Positions 31,485 through 39,742 of a stretch of DNA of 64,000 nucleotides are shown piece by piece. The DNA comes from a virus (taxonomy: Duplodnaviria > Caudoviricetes). The first letter of the stretch is position 1, and each line of letters opens with the position of its first letter. The stretch spans positions 30,697 through 94,696 of the IMG/VR virus record IMGVR_UViG_2875535316_000001, one strand, 5' to 3'. The notes beneath the pieces were generated by a model. The model made no database searches, had not been told where the DNA came from, and was given only the letters and a program-made list of their open reading frames with translations. The translations under genes were made by a program, and so were the position numbers.

Positions 31485-33041
31485 TTATTCCAGGTCGGCC
31501 AGTTCTTCGGCGGCCCTCTCCAGCGCCTGTTCGCGCTTGTCGACCACCAGGCTTTCGCTTTCGGCCTTCGCTGGCACGTAGTCCACGCCTTCCAAGAAGA
31601 CCATACACACGGTGTCGAAGAAGTCCGGCGACGGCAGGTTCTCGGACGCCATGTCTTGCTTACGGGCGATGTGGTACCGCCCCAGCTCGTCCAGGTGGTA
31701 CGGCATACGGCTGGCCTGGTCGAGCAGGTCCTTCTTGTACTTGTTGGTGAAGCGAATGGCGCCGTCCTTGATGGCCTCGATGGCGTGCACCGTGGACTGC
31801 GCCCGCAGGTTGAGGAAGCGCTTGCGGTATTCGTTGGAGAACGGCAGTTCGCCCCAGCGCACGCCCTTGCAGTGGATACCGCCCTGGGACAGCTCCACCA
31901 GGCGCTTGAGGAACTGGTTACCCATGGCGTTCACGTCGACCACGATGGTGACGTTGCTGAATCGTGCGGCGTAGTCGATGACCTGGCGCGCCACCGGCGT
32001 CCAGTCCTCGGTGCTGGTGTAGACCGGCACGTCGACCACCTCCACACGGCGCCGATCGGCTGACATGCGATCGCCGTTACCGACCACCTTGAAGTGGGTG
32101 GCCACCGTCTTGTCTCGGCCCACGCCAGCAGATACGTCGACCACGATGACGTGACCATAGGCCTCGCCTTCCAGGATGACGCGCGGGCCCTCGATGACGC
32201 GCTCGACCGCCACACGGCTGACCAGGTACTTGCTGGAGTTGGTCGGGAACATGCCCCGGACCTTGATCTGGTACTCAGGCTCGTCGCGCCCGCCGTACTG
32301 GATGATCTTGGCCTTGATGAACGGCAGGTCTACCAGCGGGCTGTCTTCGGAGTTGAACGTTAGCGCCGTCCACTCGCCACCCTGGGCCTTGCTCAGGTTG
32401 TGGTGGGTGTCACGGAAGAAACCACTGTCCCGGGTTGGCTGTGACGCCATGATGAAGCGGTTGCGCTTGTCGGTCAGTGCGCCGCCGATCACGCCAAAGT
32501 TCGCGTCAGGGATACCAGACGCCTCGTCCGCCATCCACAGCAGGTACCGTTCGTGGGTACCGGCCAAGTTCTCAGGCGAGCCGCGGGGCGCTGTACGGGT
32601 GGTGATGAACCAGGTGGCCGACCGGGTGTTGATATACACCTTCTCGGCCTGAATGGTGATGTAGTCGGCAATCCATGCGTGCGGGCCTTTCTTGATTTCC
32701 GCCAGCAGGTTGGTCATTTCCTTCCACACACCCTCTCGCACCGTCTTGAGCTTGGGCGCGGTGATGTAGGTGTTGGAGTTGGGGTAGCAGAACAGGTGCC
32801 AGAAGCCGATCACGCCAAACGAACGGGTCTTACCGGTACCGTGGCCCGAGGCTACCGATACACGGGCGCCGAAGATGCTCGTTTCGTCGAACAGCTCCTT
32901 TTGCTGGTGGGTAACGTCCATGCCGCAGACTTCCACCGCAAACCCGTAGATGTTGGCCGCATATCGCTCCATGAACGCGAGGTAGCGCGGGTCAGCGTCA
33001 ATCGCTGCCCGTTCCACCTTCTGTTTTGACGATCTGGCCAT
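31485..33041 (-). CDS. pacB: Terminase large subunit, P1 PacB-like
   Basis: Walker A VASGHGTGKT, Walker B WMADEASG, SQPTR.SG.F, NSEDSPLV, VDVSAGVGRDK nuclease motif, SPDFFD. Confidence 0.92.
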   Translation of the reverse strand: MARSSKQKVERAAIDADPRYLAFMERYAANIYGFAVEVCGMDVTHQQKELFDETSIFGARVSVASGHGTGKTRSFGVIGFWHLFCYPNSNTYITAPKLKTVREGVWKEMTNLLAEIKKGPHAWIADYITIQAEKVYINTRSATWFITTRTAPRGSPENLAGTHERYLLWMADEASGIPDANFGVIGGALTDKRNRFIMASQPTRDSGFFRDTHHNLSKAQGGEWTALTFNSEDSPLVDLPFIKAKIIQYGGRDEPEYQIKVRGMFPTNSSKYLVSRVAVERVIEGPRVILEGEAYGHVIVVDVSAGVGRDKTVATHFKVVGNGDRMSADRRRVEVVDVPVYTSTEDWTPVARQVIDYAARFSNVTIVVDVNAMGNQFLKRLVELSQGGIHCKGVRWGELPFSNEYRKRFLNLRAQSTVHAIEAIKDGAIRFTNKYKKDLLDQASRMPYHLDELGRYHIARKQDMASENLPSPDFFDTVCMVFLEGVDYVPAKAESESLVVDKREQALERAAEELADLE

Positions 33042-33084
33042 GCCTTCCCTTAACGCCCCCGTTGCGGGGAATACTCAGCGCCCC

Positions 33085-33125
33085 ACTGTACGGGGCGCCC
33101 GGCAAGGCTTTAGGCGGGGGTTTGC
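33085..33125 (-). promoter_or_regulatory. Putative late promoter GCAAA-N30-TACAGT
   Basis: Shared motif and spacing. Confidence 0.65.
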
Positions 33126-33898
33126 GCCGCTGGGAGGTCCTGCAGGAGGTCGGTAAGGCATGCGGCCTGGCTGGGTGTAAGCGGCTTGCCCGCCACCAGC
33201 TCAATGAACTCTCTTACCTCGACCTGGTACCGCTCGTGTTGCTGTGCTGGCGCCGGCCTCGAGGACTGCGCCATGTCGACCAGTGACCAGGGCGTGGCGC
33301 TACGGGCGCGCACCATGGCCGTGAGGCTGCGCGGCACGTACCAGTCACAGGCAACCACCAGGCCGTTGCCCGGGCGTGCCATGGTGTCCAGGATGGCGCT
33401 GAGGCACACGGTGGGGAGGTGGTCGCCATCCTCCACAAGCCACATCAGGTTCTCTAGGTAGCAGCCGTGCACGGATTCTGCGTCCTTGGCCGTCACCCGG
33501 CGCAGATCGATGGTGCTGCGCAGCCCTCCGCCGGCGAACCACCCGCCAGGCCGGTGCTTGATGCCCCGTGCCAGCCAGTAGTGGCTGCCTGTCCTGATAT
33601 GCGCCAGCAGCTGGCCTATGGCTTGATTGGTCTGGCAGGCGGTGCCCAAGGGGTAGCCCAGCACCGTGGTCGATGCCGGCCGTGTTGCAATGTGCCACAG
33701 CGCCAGCACGGCCAGCACCACGCCTTGGCGCTCCCTGGTGCCGGCGTTGTGGATCACCAGGCGATGATCGACAGCGCCAGCGGCCTCGGCCATGCGCTCG
33801 CCCAGGTCGATACTGCACACGTCACGCGCGAAGGCGCTGAGGTCGTTGGTGTAGCGCTCGGCAAAGGCTGGCCAGCGTAGATCGGCGTACAGGTTCAT
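33110..33898 (-). CDS. Degenerate paralogue of the TerL ATPase domain (Walker A lost)
   Basis: Aligns by eye with the first ~200 aa of the neighbouring TerL. Confidence 0.7.
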   Translation of the reverse strand: MNLYADLRWPAFAERYTNDLSAFARDVCSIDLGERMAEAAGAVDHRLVIHNAGTRERQGVVLAVLALWHIATRPASTTVLGYPLGTACQTNQAIGQLLAHIRTGSHYWLARGIKHRPGGWFAGGGLRSTIDLRRVTAKDAESVHGCYLENLMWLVEDGDHLPTVCLSAILDTMARPGNGLVVACDWYVPRSLTAMVRARSATPWSLVDMAQSSRPAPAQQHERYQVEVREFIELVAGKPLTPSQAACLTDLLQDLPAAQTPA

Positions 33899-34482
33899 GC
33901 AGGGCTCCCCTGGTGGCCGTGGCGCTCTCGATCGGCAATCAGCAGCGCCGCAGCCTTGGTAATGGACTCGTTCGCGTCACAGCGTTTCATTGGGTGGTTT
34001 GGCCACGGCCAGAAGCGTTGGAATGCAATGGCCTGGATGCCGGCCGCCTGGAACACGTAGCAGCCTGCAGCGCGCACCAGCTCGGATTTCTGGTACTGCT
34101 GATCCCAGTTCAGGGTGAACCCCTCCACGGCTTGCTGGCGCTGGCGCTCCATCACCATGGCCATGGCGATCGGGCTGGCGCCTGGCACGTTGACGAACAG
34201 CGGCATGGGCGCCTGCCACCCCTGACGGACTTTCACGTCCCAGCCGGCGCTGCCAGGGCCTGCTGGGCGGGTATAAGCCAGGGAGTGGACCTTGTTGGCA
34301 CGGCGGTTGGCCCACACGACCGGTTGGGCGCCAGCATCGCCCAGCGGCTTGGCAGCGCTCAGCCACACCTGGTACGTCGCCTGGGTGCCCGGGTTGCTGT
34401 AGCCGTCGCCATCGCGCTCGAGGTCAGTGATACCGGCCTGGGTGCAGGCGTGCTCGAAGTCGTCGCGCTCCAGGAACATCAT
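33895..34482 (-). CDS. Hypothetical phage protein
   Basis: ERQRQ..EG..D....EL..AA.CY...WPW domain common in phages. Confidence 0.65.
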   Translation of the reverse strand: MMFLERDDFEHACTQAGITDLERDGDGYSNPGTQATYQVWLSAAKPLGDAGAQPVVWANRRANKVHSLAYTRPAGPGSAGWDVKVRQGWQAPMPLFVNVPGASPIAMAMVMERQRQQAVEGFTLNWDQQYQKSELVRAAGCYVFQAAGIQAIAFQRFWPWPNHPMKRCDANESITKAAALLIADRERHGHQGSPA

Positions 34483-34703
34483 GCGACACCTACCGCGGGC
34501 GATGCCTCGATGACTTCCCAGCGCTCAGGGGGCAGGTGCTGGCGCTCTACCCGCTGAATCGAGCCGGCCGGGCAGCGCACATACAGCGTTTCGCCTATCT
34601 CCAGCTCCACCCGCATGCGTTCCTGGGTCTTGAGGTCGACCACGGCAATGGATGGCCGGGTGCGGGTGCTGCCTGCATTGGTCAGTGCGGGGTTGTTGTA
34701 CAT
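34479..34703 (-). CDS. Hypothetical protein
   Basis: Coupled ORF starting MYNNPAL. Confidence 0.45.
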   Translation of the reverse strand: MYNNPALTNAGSTRTRPSIAVVDLKTQERMRVELEIGETLYVRCPAGSIQRVERQHLPPERWEVIEASPAVGVA

Positions 34704-34708
34704 GGTCA

Positions 34709-34879
34709 CTACATCTTCAAAGGTAATTGAGCGCGGGCGCACTCGTTAAAGCCGTGTGGCAGGGCCCTGGTGGCCCTCTCACAGTTACGGCGCCCGCAGT
34801 CTTGGCAGTAGGTGTAGGCGGTTGGGCGGCCCTGCTGGCGCCACACCACACGCGCACCGTCGCAATAACGGCACTGCAA
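34709..34879 (-). CDS. 56-aa Zn-ribbon protein (MQCRYC...YCQDCGRRNC)
   Basis: TTG start, two CxxC pairs; absent from the ORF track. Confidence 0.45.
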   Translation of the reverse strand: MQCRYCDGARVVWRQQGRPTAYTYCQDCGRRNCERATRALPHGFNECARAQLPLKM

Positions 34880-34891
34880 AATGGGTGGTCC

Positions 34892-35710
34892 CTATTTATC
34901 CGCGGACATGGGGAAACGCTTGCTGATCATCAAATCCGCGTAAGCCCACCGGCGATCAGCGTAATCGCCCAGGTCTTCGCCCTCGAGCTGGGGCAGCGGG
35001 CAGTGAATGGCGAAGTCGTCGCGCAGGTCTTCCAGGTGCTGCAGGTCGATGGCGTGGGGCGCCTCTACGATCGCAATGGCACCCTTGGCCGCCAGTTCGC
35101 GCAGTCGTGGGGGCAGGATGATCGTCGACCCAGTGCACTGGCGCAGCGCCTCTTCGGCAGTGGCGGCCAGCCGGTGGAACTCCCGCCAGTTCTCTGCGCG
35201 ACAGCCCGCAGCTGGCGCTGGCTCACCCAACGGCAGCGCCTGGACGCTCGACGTAGCTTCACTCCCTTCGCCGGTGTTCTGACCCAGCCCGGCGCAGTTA
35301 TCGCCAGCTGACATTTGACCGGGCTGATCGCCTTCCAATGGCCAATCGCTCGCAGCGACAGGCGCCACTACGGGGGTTGTCAGCTGCAGAGCCAGGTCAT
35401 GCGCATCAACCGGCACCTGGGCAGCCTGGGCGATGCGCTGGGCCAGTGACACACAGCGCGCAGCTGGCGACTTGAGGTAGTCGTGAATCACCGCGCGCAG
35501 GGCGATCGGCGATTTGACGGTACCGCCGGCGCCACGCTGCAGCGCAGCCCAGCCTGCAGAGGTTTCGACGAACAGGAACTGACCCTTGCCGTTGCCCTTG
35601 CGGGTTTTGCATTTCTGGCTGACCAGGTAGTGACGGAAGCCCTCCACCTGGTGCGGCTTGATCAGGTCGGTATCGTTCTGCTTGAGAATGTCGTGGGCGA
35701 TGGCGGTCAT
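34892..35710 (-). CDS. Hypothetical protein
   Basis: ATGA-coupled start at 35710. Confidence 0.55.
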   Translation of the reverse strand: MTAIAHDILKQNDTDLIKPHQVEGFRHYLVSQKCKTRKGNGKGQFLFVETSAGWAALQRGAGGTVKSPIALRAVIHDYLKSPAARCVSLAQRIAQAAQVPVDAHDLALQLTTPVVAPVAASDWPLEGDQPGQMSAGDNCAGLGQNTGEGSEATSSVQALPLGEPAPAAGCRAENWREFHRLAATAEEALRQCTGSTIILPPRLRELAAKGAIAIVEAPHAIDLQHLEDLRDDFAIHCPLPQLEGEDLGDYADRRWAYADLMISKRFPMSADK

Positions 35711-36018
35711 TGGCATTGCTCCTGCTGGTTTTTGGCCTTGAATGGCTTGAGGTTGGCGCTCCGGCCCTGACGGCGGGTCGGTTTCTTCTCGTCTTTGAGC
35801 GCTATGGGCTTCACCCACAGCTGCCCGGTCTTGAATAGGTACAGCTCCCACAGCCCCAGCTTGATTTCGGCCTTGCCGTCCTCGTAGCACTGCCAGGAAC
35901 GGCGGCTGACGTGTATCAGGGTGGCGCTCTCGCGTTGGCTCAGGCCGGCCAGCTGGCGCGATGCACGAATATCGGCGGGCGCCGGTATCAAGGTGGCCAC
36001 AGCGGCTATAGCGGTCAT
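35707..36018 (-). CDS. Small HTH transcription regulator
   Basis: P.DIRASRQLAGLSQ..SA.LIHVSRRSWQ.YE.G. Confidence 0.75.
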   Translation of the reverse strand: MTAIAAVATLIPAPADIRASRQLAGLSQRESATLIHVSRRSWQCYEDGKAEIKLGLWELYLFKTGQLWVKPIALKDEKKPTRRQGRSANLKPFKAKNQQEQCQ

Positions 36019-37097
36019 TCCAGTTGTCCTTGTTCAATCATCCGCAGGCGCTCCGCCATTTCCAGGCGCTGAGCCTCAGTCTTCGCGTGGGCGCGCTCGA
36101 TCGCTGCATCCAGCACTTCGGTGCTCGGCCCGGTGTTGACGACAATGGCCGGCTCGACCTTGAGATCGAAGATTTTGGCCACCAGCTCGCGGTAGGCCTT
36201 CTGCGAGCCCGCGCGCACCTTGATGCCGTCTTTGGTTTCCTCCACGCCCTCAAACAGCGCCAGCGCGGCCGGGCCGTAGGTGCGGGAATCATGGAAGTAG
36301 GTGTACTGGTAGCCCTCGCCGGCGCACTCAGGGCAGTCCGGGTGGGGTTCCTTGCGCTTGTCGTAGCCGACACCGCCCAGCTCGTCGAACGGGGGCAGCG
36401 TCTTGTTGTTGGCTTCGGCTTCGGCCAGGGCTGCGTCGTACTCGGCCCGGCGGTCTTCCATTTCCCGTGGGGTGTGCTGGTACCGATGCCCGATGCCGTG
36501 GCAGTAGTGGCAGCAAGCACGGCGCAGTTCGGAGATTTCGCGGGCGTCAGCGAAGGCCGCGGCGTGGATCACGCCAATGGTGGCGTTCTGCACGTCAGCC
36601 GTGCGCTTGAACATCTCGGCCTGTCGGGCGGCGTAGTACGGGTGGCACTTAACCTTCTTTAACAGCCTGCTGGCTGCTGCAGCGGCCACGTTGTCGTTCT
36701 TCGCTGTGTACCCAGCAGCACGGTACGCATGGGCGCCGTTGTAGGTGACCAGGTACAGGTCCACGAACTTGGCCATCTTGGGGCTAAGACCGTGCAACTC
36801 CGCGAGCGCTAAGGCCTCCAGCTCATTTTCGGTGAGCGGGATTGGGTTCTTGATCTTGGTGGTGCCCTGCTTGGCAGGCTTGTCGCTGTCAGGCTTAGCC
36901 GCGGCTTTGGCGGTCCTTTTTGGGGCTGAATTCTTAGCCTTTGCGGGGGGCTTCCCGGGGGCCTTGGGAGGGGCTGCCTTCTTGTTAACCTTAACAGACG
37001 CGGTGGTACGGGTGGACTTAGTACCACGCTTACCCGTGGACGCGGATAGTTGGTCCGCGTCTTCGTTGGTACCGGCTGGCTTGGTTGGTCTTGGCAT
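36015..37097 (-). CDS. terS: Terminase small subunit
   Basis: LSPKMAKFVDLYL...NG..AYRAAGY...ASRLL HTH; CCHYCHG...HPDCPEC Zn module; GAGG RBS before ATG 37097. Confidence 0.85.
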   Translation of the reverse strand: MPRPTKPAGTNEDADQLSASTGKRGTKSTRTTASVKVNKKAAPPKAPGKPPAKAKNSAPKRTAKAAAKPDSDKPAKQGTTKIKNPIPLTENELEALALAELHGLSPKMAKFVDLYLVTYNGAHAYRAAGYTAKNDNVAAAAASRLLKKVKCHPYYAARQAEMFKRTADVQNATIGVIHAAAFADAREISELRRACCHYCHGIGHRYQHTPREMEDRRAEYDAALAEAEANNKTLPPFDELGGVGYDKRKEPHPDCPECAGEGYQYTYFHDSRTYGPAALALFEGVEETKDGIKVRAGSQKAYRELVAKIFDLKVEPAIVVNTGPSTEVLDAAIERAHAKTEAQRLEMAERLRMIEQGQLE

Positions 37098-37173
37098 GGC
37101 TACCTCAAGGCACACTTTCTTCATTGCTGAACGTGGTCAGGCGGCCAACTTGCTGCGCCTCCTGCACACTTGT

Positions 37174-37195
37174 AAAAAAGCCCGCATGAGCGGGC
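37174..37195 (-). terminator. Intrinsic terminator upstream of terS
   Basis: GCCCGC-TCAT-GCGGGC-TTTTTT. Confidence 0.7.
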
Positions 37196-37579
37196 CCCTT
37201 CACTTCCTTCTACCGCTGGCGTCACAGGCTGGTACCTGGATACCGTTACCAGACTCGGGCACGTCTCTGGCCAGGCGCGCATGGTGATCAGACCTGCCCT
37301 ACGCGGTTATCCATGCCGCTGGTGTTTTTTCACATACCCTCTTTCGCAAGGCATGCCGCGCGATCGGCTAACGCTCCGACCGGCCACCAACAACGAGCGA
37401 CCACGCAACAAACCCATTAGGTGGGCCAGTCCTACCCCGTACAGCACTCACAAACACACTAGGCGCAGCGGGCGGCGCTTTGAAACCAGGTCCGCAGACA
37501 TATCCCATAAGGGTACTGGCGCACCTCCCACTGCATAAAACAGCGCTCTCTAACCCCAGAACGCTCTTTTATGCGGTGG

Positions 37580-38338
37580 TCACACGAACAGCAGCTGCTG
37601 TACGCGCTCCTTAATTTCCGTCGGGTTAATGGTCACCGGCTCTACTTCGTCGTGTGCCAGCTTTTCCAGTCGCACCCGATTGCAGTGCTCTTGCATGGTC
37701 ACATGCAGCTCACCCATCAAACGGAGCACCTTTGCACCGTTTCGCAGCTCGTCGAACCCTGGCTGCCGGCTGAGCACTTCAACGGCGCCTACCAGGTCGT
37801 CGACCGTGGCGGCCACCTGGCGCAGCAGGTCGCGGTCAGCGCTGAACCCCTCCAGCATGATTGCGCTCTGGCGGGCCATGGCTCCCACCATGCTCTGGAA
37901 CTGGTGTCCAACTGCCTCGGCCATCACACCCACCAGCACGGCCTGGTTGCCTTCTTCCGGCGCACGGGTCACGTCGTCATGGGCGCCCAGCAGGTAATCG
38001 GTGGTCACGCAGTACAGGTTCGCCATCAGTCGCAGATTGTTGAGGCTCGGCGCGCGGCGGCCGTTCTCAAACAGGCTGATCTGGGTGACGCCCTTGTGGG
38101 CCAGCGCCAGCCCGGCAGCGCTTTCGGAAAAACCGGCCAGCTTGCGAGCTTTGCGCAGGCGTGGACCCACAATCGCCATCAGCTCAGCTTCGGCCAGGCG
38201 GTACTGCTCGGAGGGGCTCGCACCGGCACCTAGATCCTCGGTTTCGGCAAAAAGAGACTCTGCAGGGCTCAAAACACCCTTTTCGGCCTCGTTTTGCCCC
38301 TTCGTAGGCTCTAAAAAAGTATCCGCGTACATTTCCAC
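37580..38338 (-). CDS. XRE-family HTH regulator (true start probably downstream of 38338)
   Basis: RLRKARKLAGFS...QISLFENGRRAPSL..L..MANLYCVTTDYLLG. Confidence 0.8.
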   Translation of the reverse strand: MEMYADTFLEPTKGQNEAEKGVLSPAESLFAETEDLGAGASPSEQYRLAEAELMAIVGPRLRKARKLAGFSESAAGLALAHKGVTQISLFENGRRAPSLNNLRLMANLYCVTTDYLLGAHDDVTRAPEEGNQAVLVGVMAEAVGHQFQSMVGAMARQSAIMLEGFSADRDLLRQVAATVDDLVGAVEVLSRQPGFDELRNGAKVLRLMGELHVTMQEHCNRVRLEKLAHDEVEPVTINPTEIKERVQQLLFV

Positions 38339-38393
38339 CGATTTTACCCCTCCTTTGGTGCGAGTCGGGCGGAGTAAAAACTATCCGCGTACA
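38320..38393. promoter_or_regulatory. Two operator-like TATCCGCGTACA sites
   Basis: Exact copies at 38320-38331 and 38382-38393, each preceded by an A-run. Confidence 0.65.
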
Positions 38394-38679
38394 TCTTTCA
38401 AGGTTTTGGCGCATTTCCTTCGCTGCCCATGTGGGAGCATGGCCAACATCCTGCGCCCCACATAGCACGCGGCTCACAGGTGAAATCGGCATTTGACAGG
38501 CACCAGCATGCGCCCGTGGTAGCCAGCAAAGCGCCAGCACGGGGCCAAAATAGGGGTTCGTAGATATCAAAGCGCCATCTATGGCGGGGATTTCGACGCT
38601 AGATTGGGGAGTAGTCCCACACTTTCACGACATTTTCACAGGAAAGCCGCCCAGCCATTGCAGCGGGCGGCGTGTGGGA

Positions 38680-39216
38680 CTACTCGGCGCGGCCAACCCG
38701 CTCGATGTTCCAGCCGCCCCCGTCGGCCTTCTTCACGGGGAACACGACACGGAACACAAACGGGAACTCGCTGGCCGCCACCTTCATTTTGACCTTCGCG
38801 TCATCGGCATAGATGGCCTTGGCGCCCTTCACGTCGTGCATTTCGAGCGTACCGTCTGCCAGCAGCACCACGAAGTCGACCGTCAGCGTGGTGTCGGGCG
38901 CCAGCTGCAGCTTGATGGCCTCGAACTTCCACCACAGCACATCACCCGCCAGCCGCAGCTGGTCCAGGTGCGCGGCATATTTGGTTTCGGTGGCGTTCAT
39001 CGTCCCTTTGGCCAGGCGGCCCTTAGCCTGCATCAGCTGCATGCCCGTCGGCGCCGGCTTCGTGGCGATCGCACCTGGAGGCAACGCGGCCGGTGTGGCG
39101 CTCTGGGCGCGCTTGGCTGGTGCTTTGGGCCTGGCGCCAGCCTGACCCATTTCCCGCACCCTGTAGCCTGCTGGCAGCGAATTTAGCCGCTCTTCGGTTA
39201 TCCAGCGTTTGCTCAT
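38680..39216 (-). CDS. DUF1064-like PD-(D/E)XK endonuclease
   Basis: MNATETKYA..L..W.FE..K..L....VDF...E.HDVKG. Confidence 0.7.
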   Translation of the reverse strand: MSKRWITEERLNSLPAGYRVREMGQAGARPKAPAKRAQSATPAALPPGAIATKPAPTGMQLMQAKGRLAKGTMNATETKYAAHLDQLRLAGDVLWWKFEAIKLQLAPDTTLTVDFVVLLADGTLEMHDVKGAKAIYADDAKVKMKVAASEFPFVFRVVFPVKKADGGGWNIERVGRAE

Positions 39217-39485
39217 GCCGATCGCCTCCACTTGCGCCAGCGCCGGCGGCCTTCCAGGAACCACACCACCGGCCAGAGAAACACCAGCGGCGTCAACACC
39301 AGGGCGATAAGGAAACCCATCACCGGCCCCGTCAGGGACTTGGAATGCTTGTGGTACAGGTCCTGTATGTCATCCCACGTTTCCGCTGGCAACAGGCTAC
39401 GGAACGCCAGCAGGGTGAACGTATAGGCGCAACCGCCCCAGTAGAACTCACACAGCGAGCGCAGCACTTGGTCAGCAGTAATCAT
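39213..39485 (-). CDS. Small two-TM membrane protein (paralogue of next ORF)
   Basis: TA.QV......Y.GGCA...WP. Confidence 0.6.
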   Translation of the reverse strand: MITADQVLRSLCEFYWGGCAYTFTLLAFRSLLPAETWDDIQDLYHKHSKSLTGPVMGFLIALVLTPLVFLWPVVWFLEGRRRWRKWRRSA

Positions 39486-39742
39486 TGCGCACCCCGCAGC
39501 CGGTACCGGATATGCCTTACCAGGATCGCAGGCCAGCGCAGCACCGTGTAGATAATGGCATTGATCACCATAACGGCAGTTAGCCCAGGGCTCAGCCCGC
39601 TCTGCTGCTGAATCTCCCTCACCTGGTGCCAGTGCTCTGCAGTGAACACTCGCCGCAACATCAGCCAGGCCAAGGCAATCGCACAGCCTCCCAGGTACAG
39701 CACCATGATCGAATCAATGACTTGGCTTGCAGTGACCATCAC
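39482..39742 (-). CDS. Small two-TM membrane protein
   Basis: TA.QV......Y.GGCA...WP. Confidence 0.6.
   Translation of the reverse strand: MMVTASQVIDSIMVLYLGGCAIALAWLMLRRVFTAEHWHQVREIQQQSGLSPGLTAVMVINAIIYTVLRWPAILVRHIRYRLRGAQ

Noticed and set aside
37130-37570. Possible tRNA or late promoter upstream of terS
   Set aside because: No cloverleaf or T-loop seen, and no GCAAA-N30 match with correct spacing
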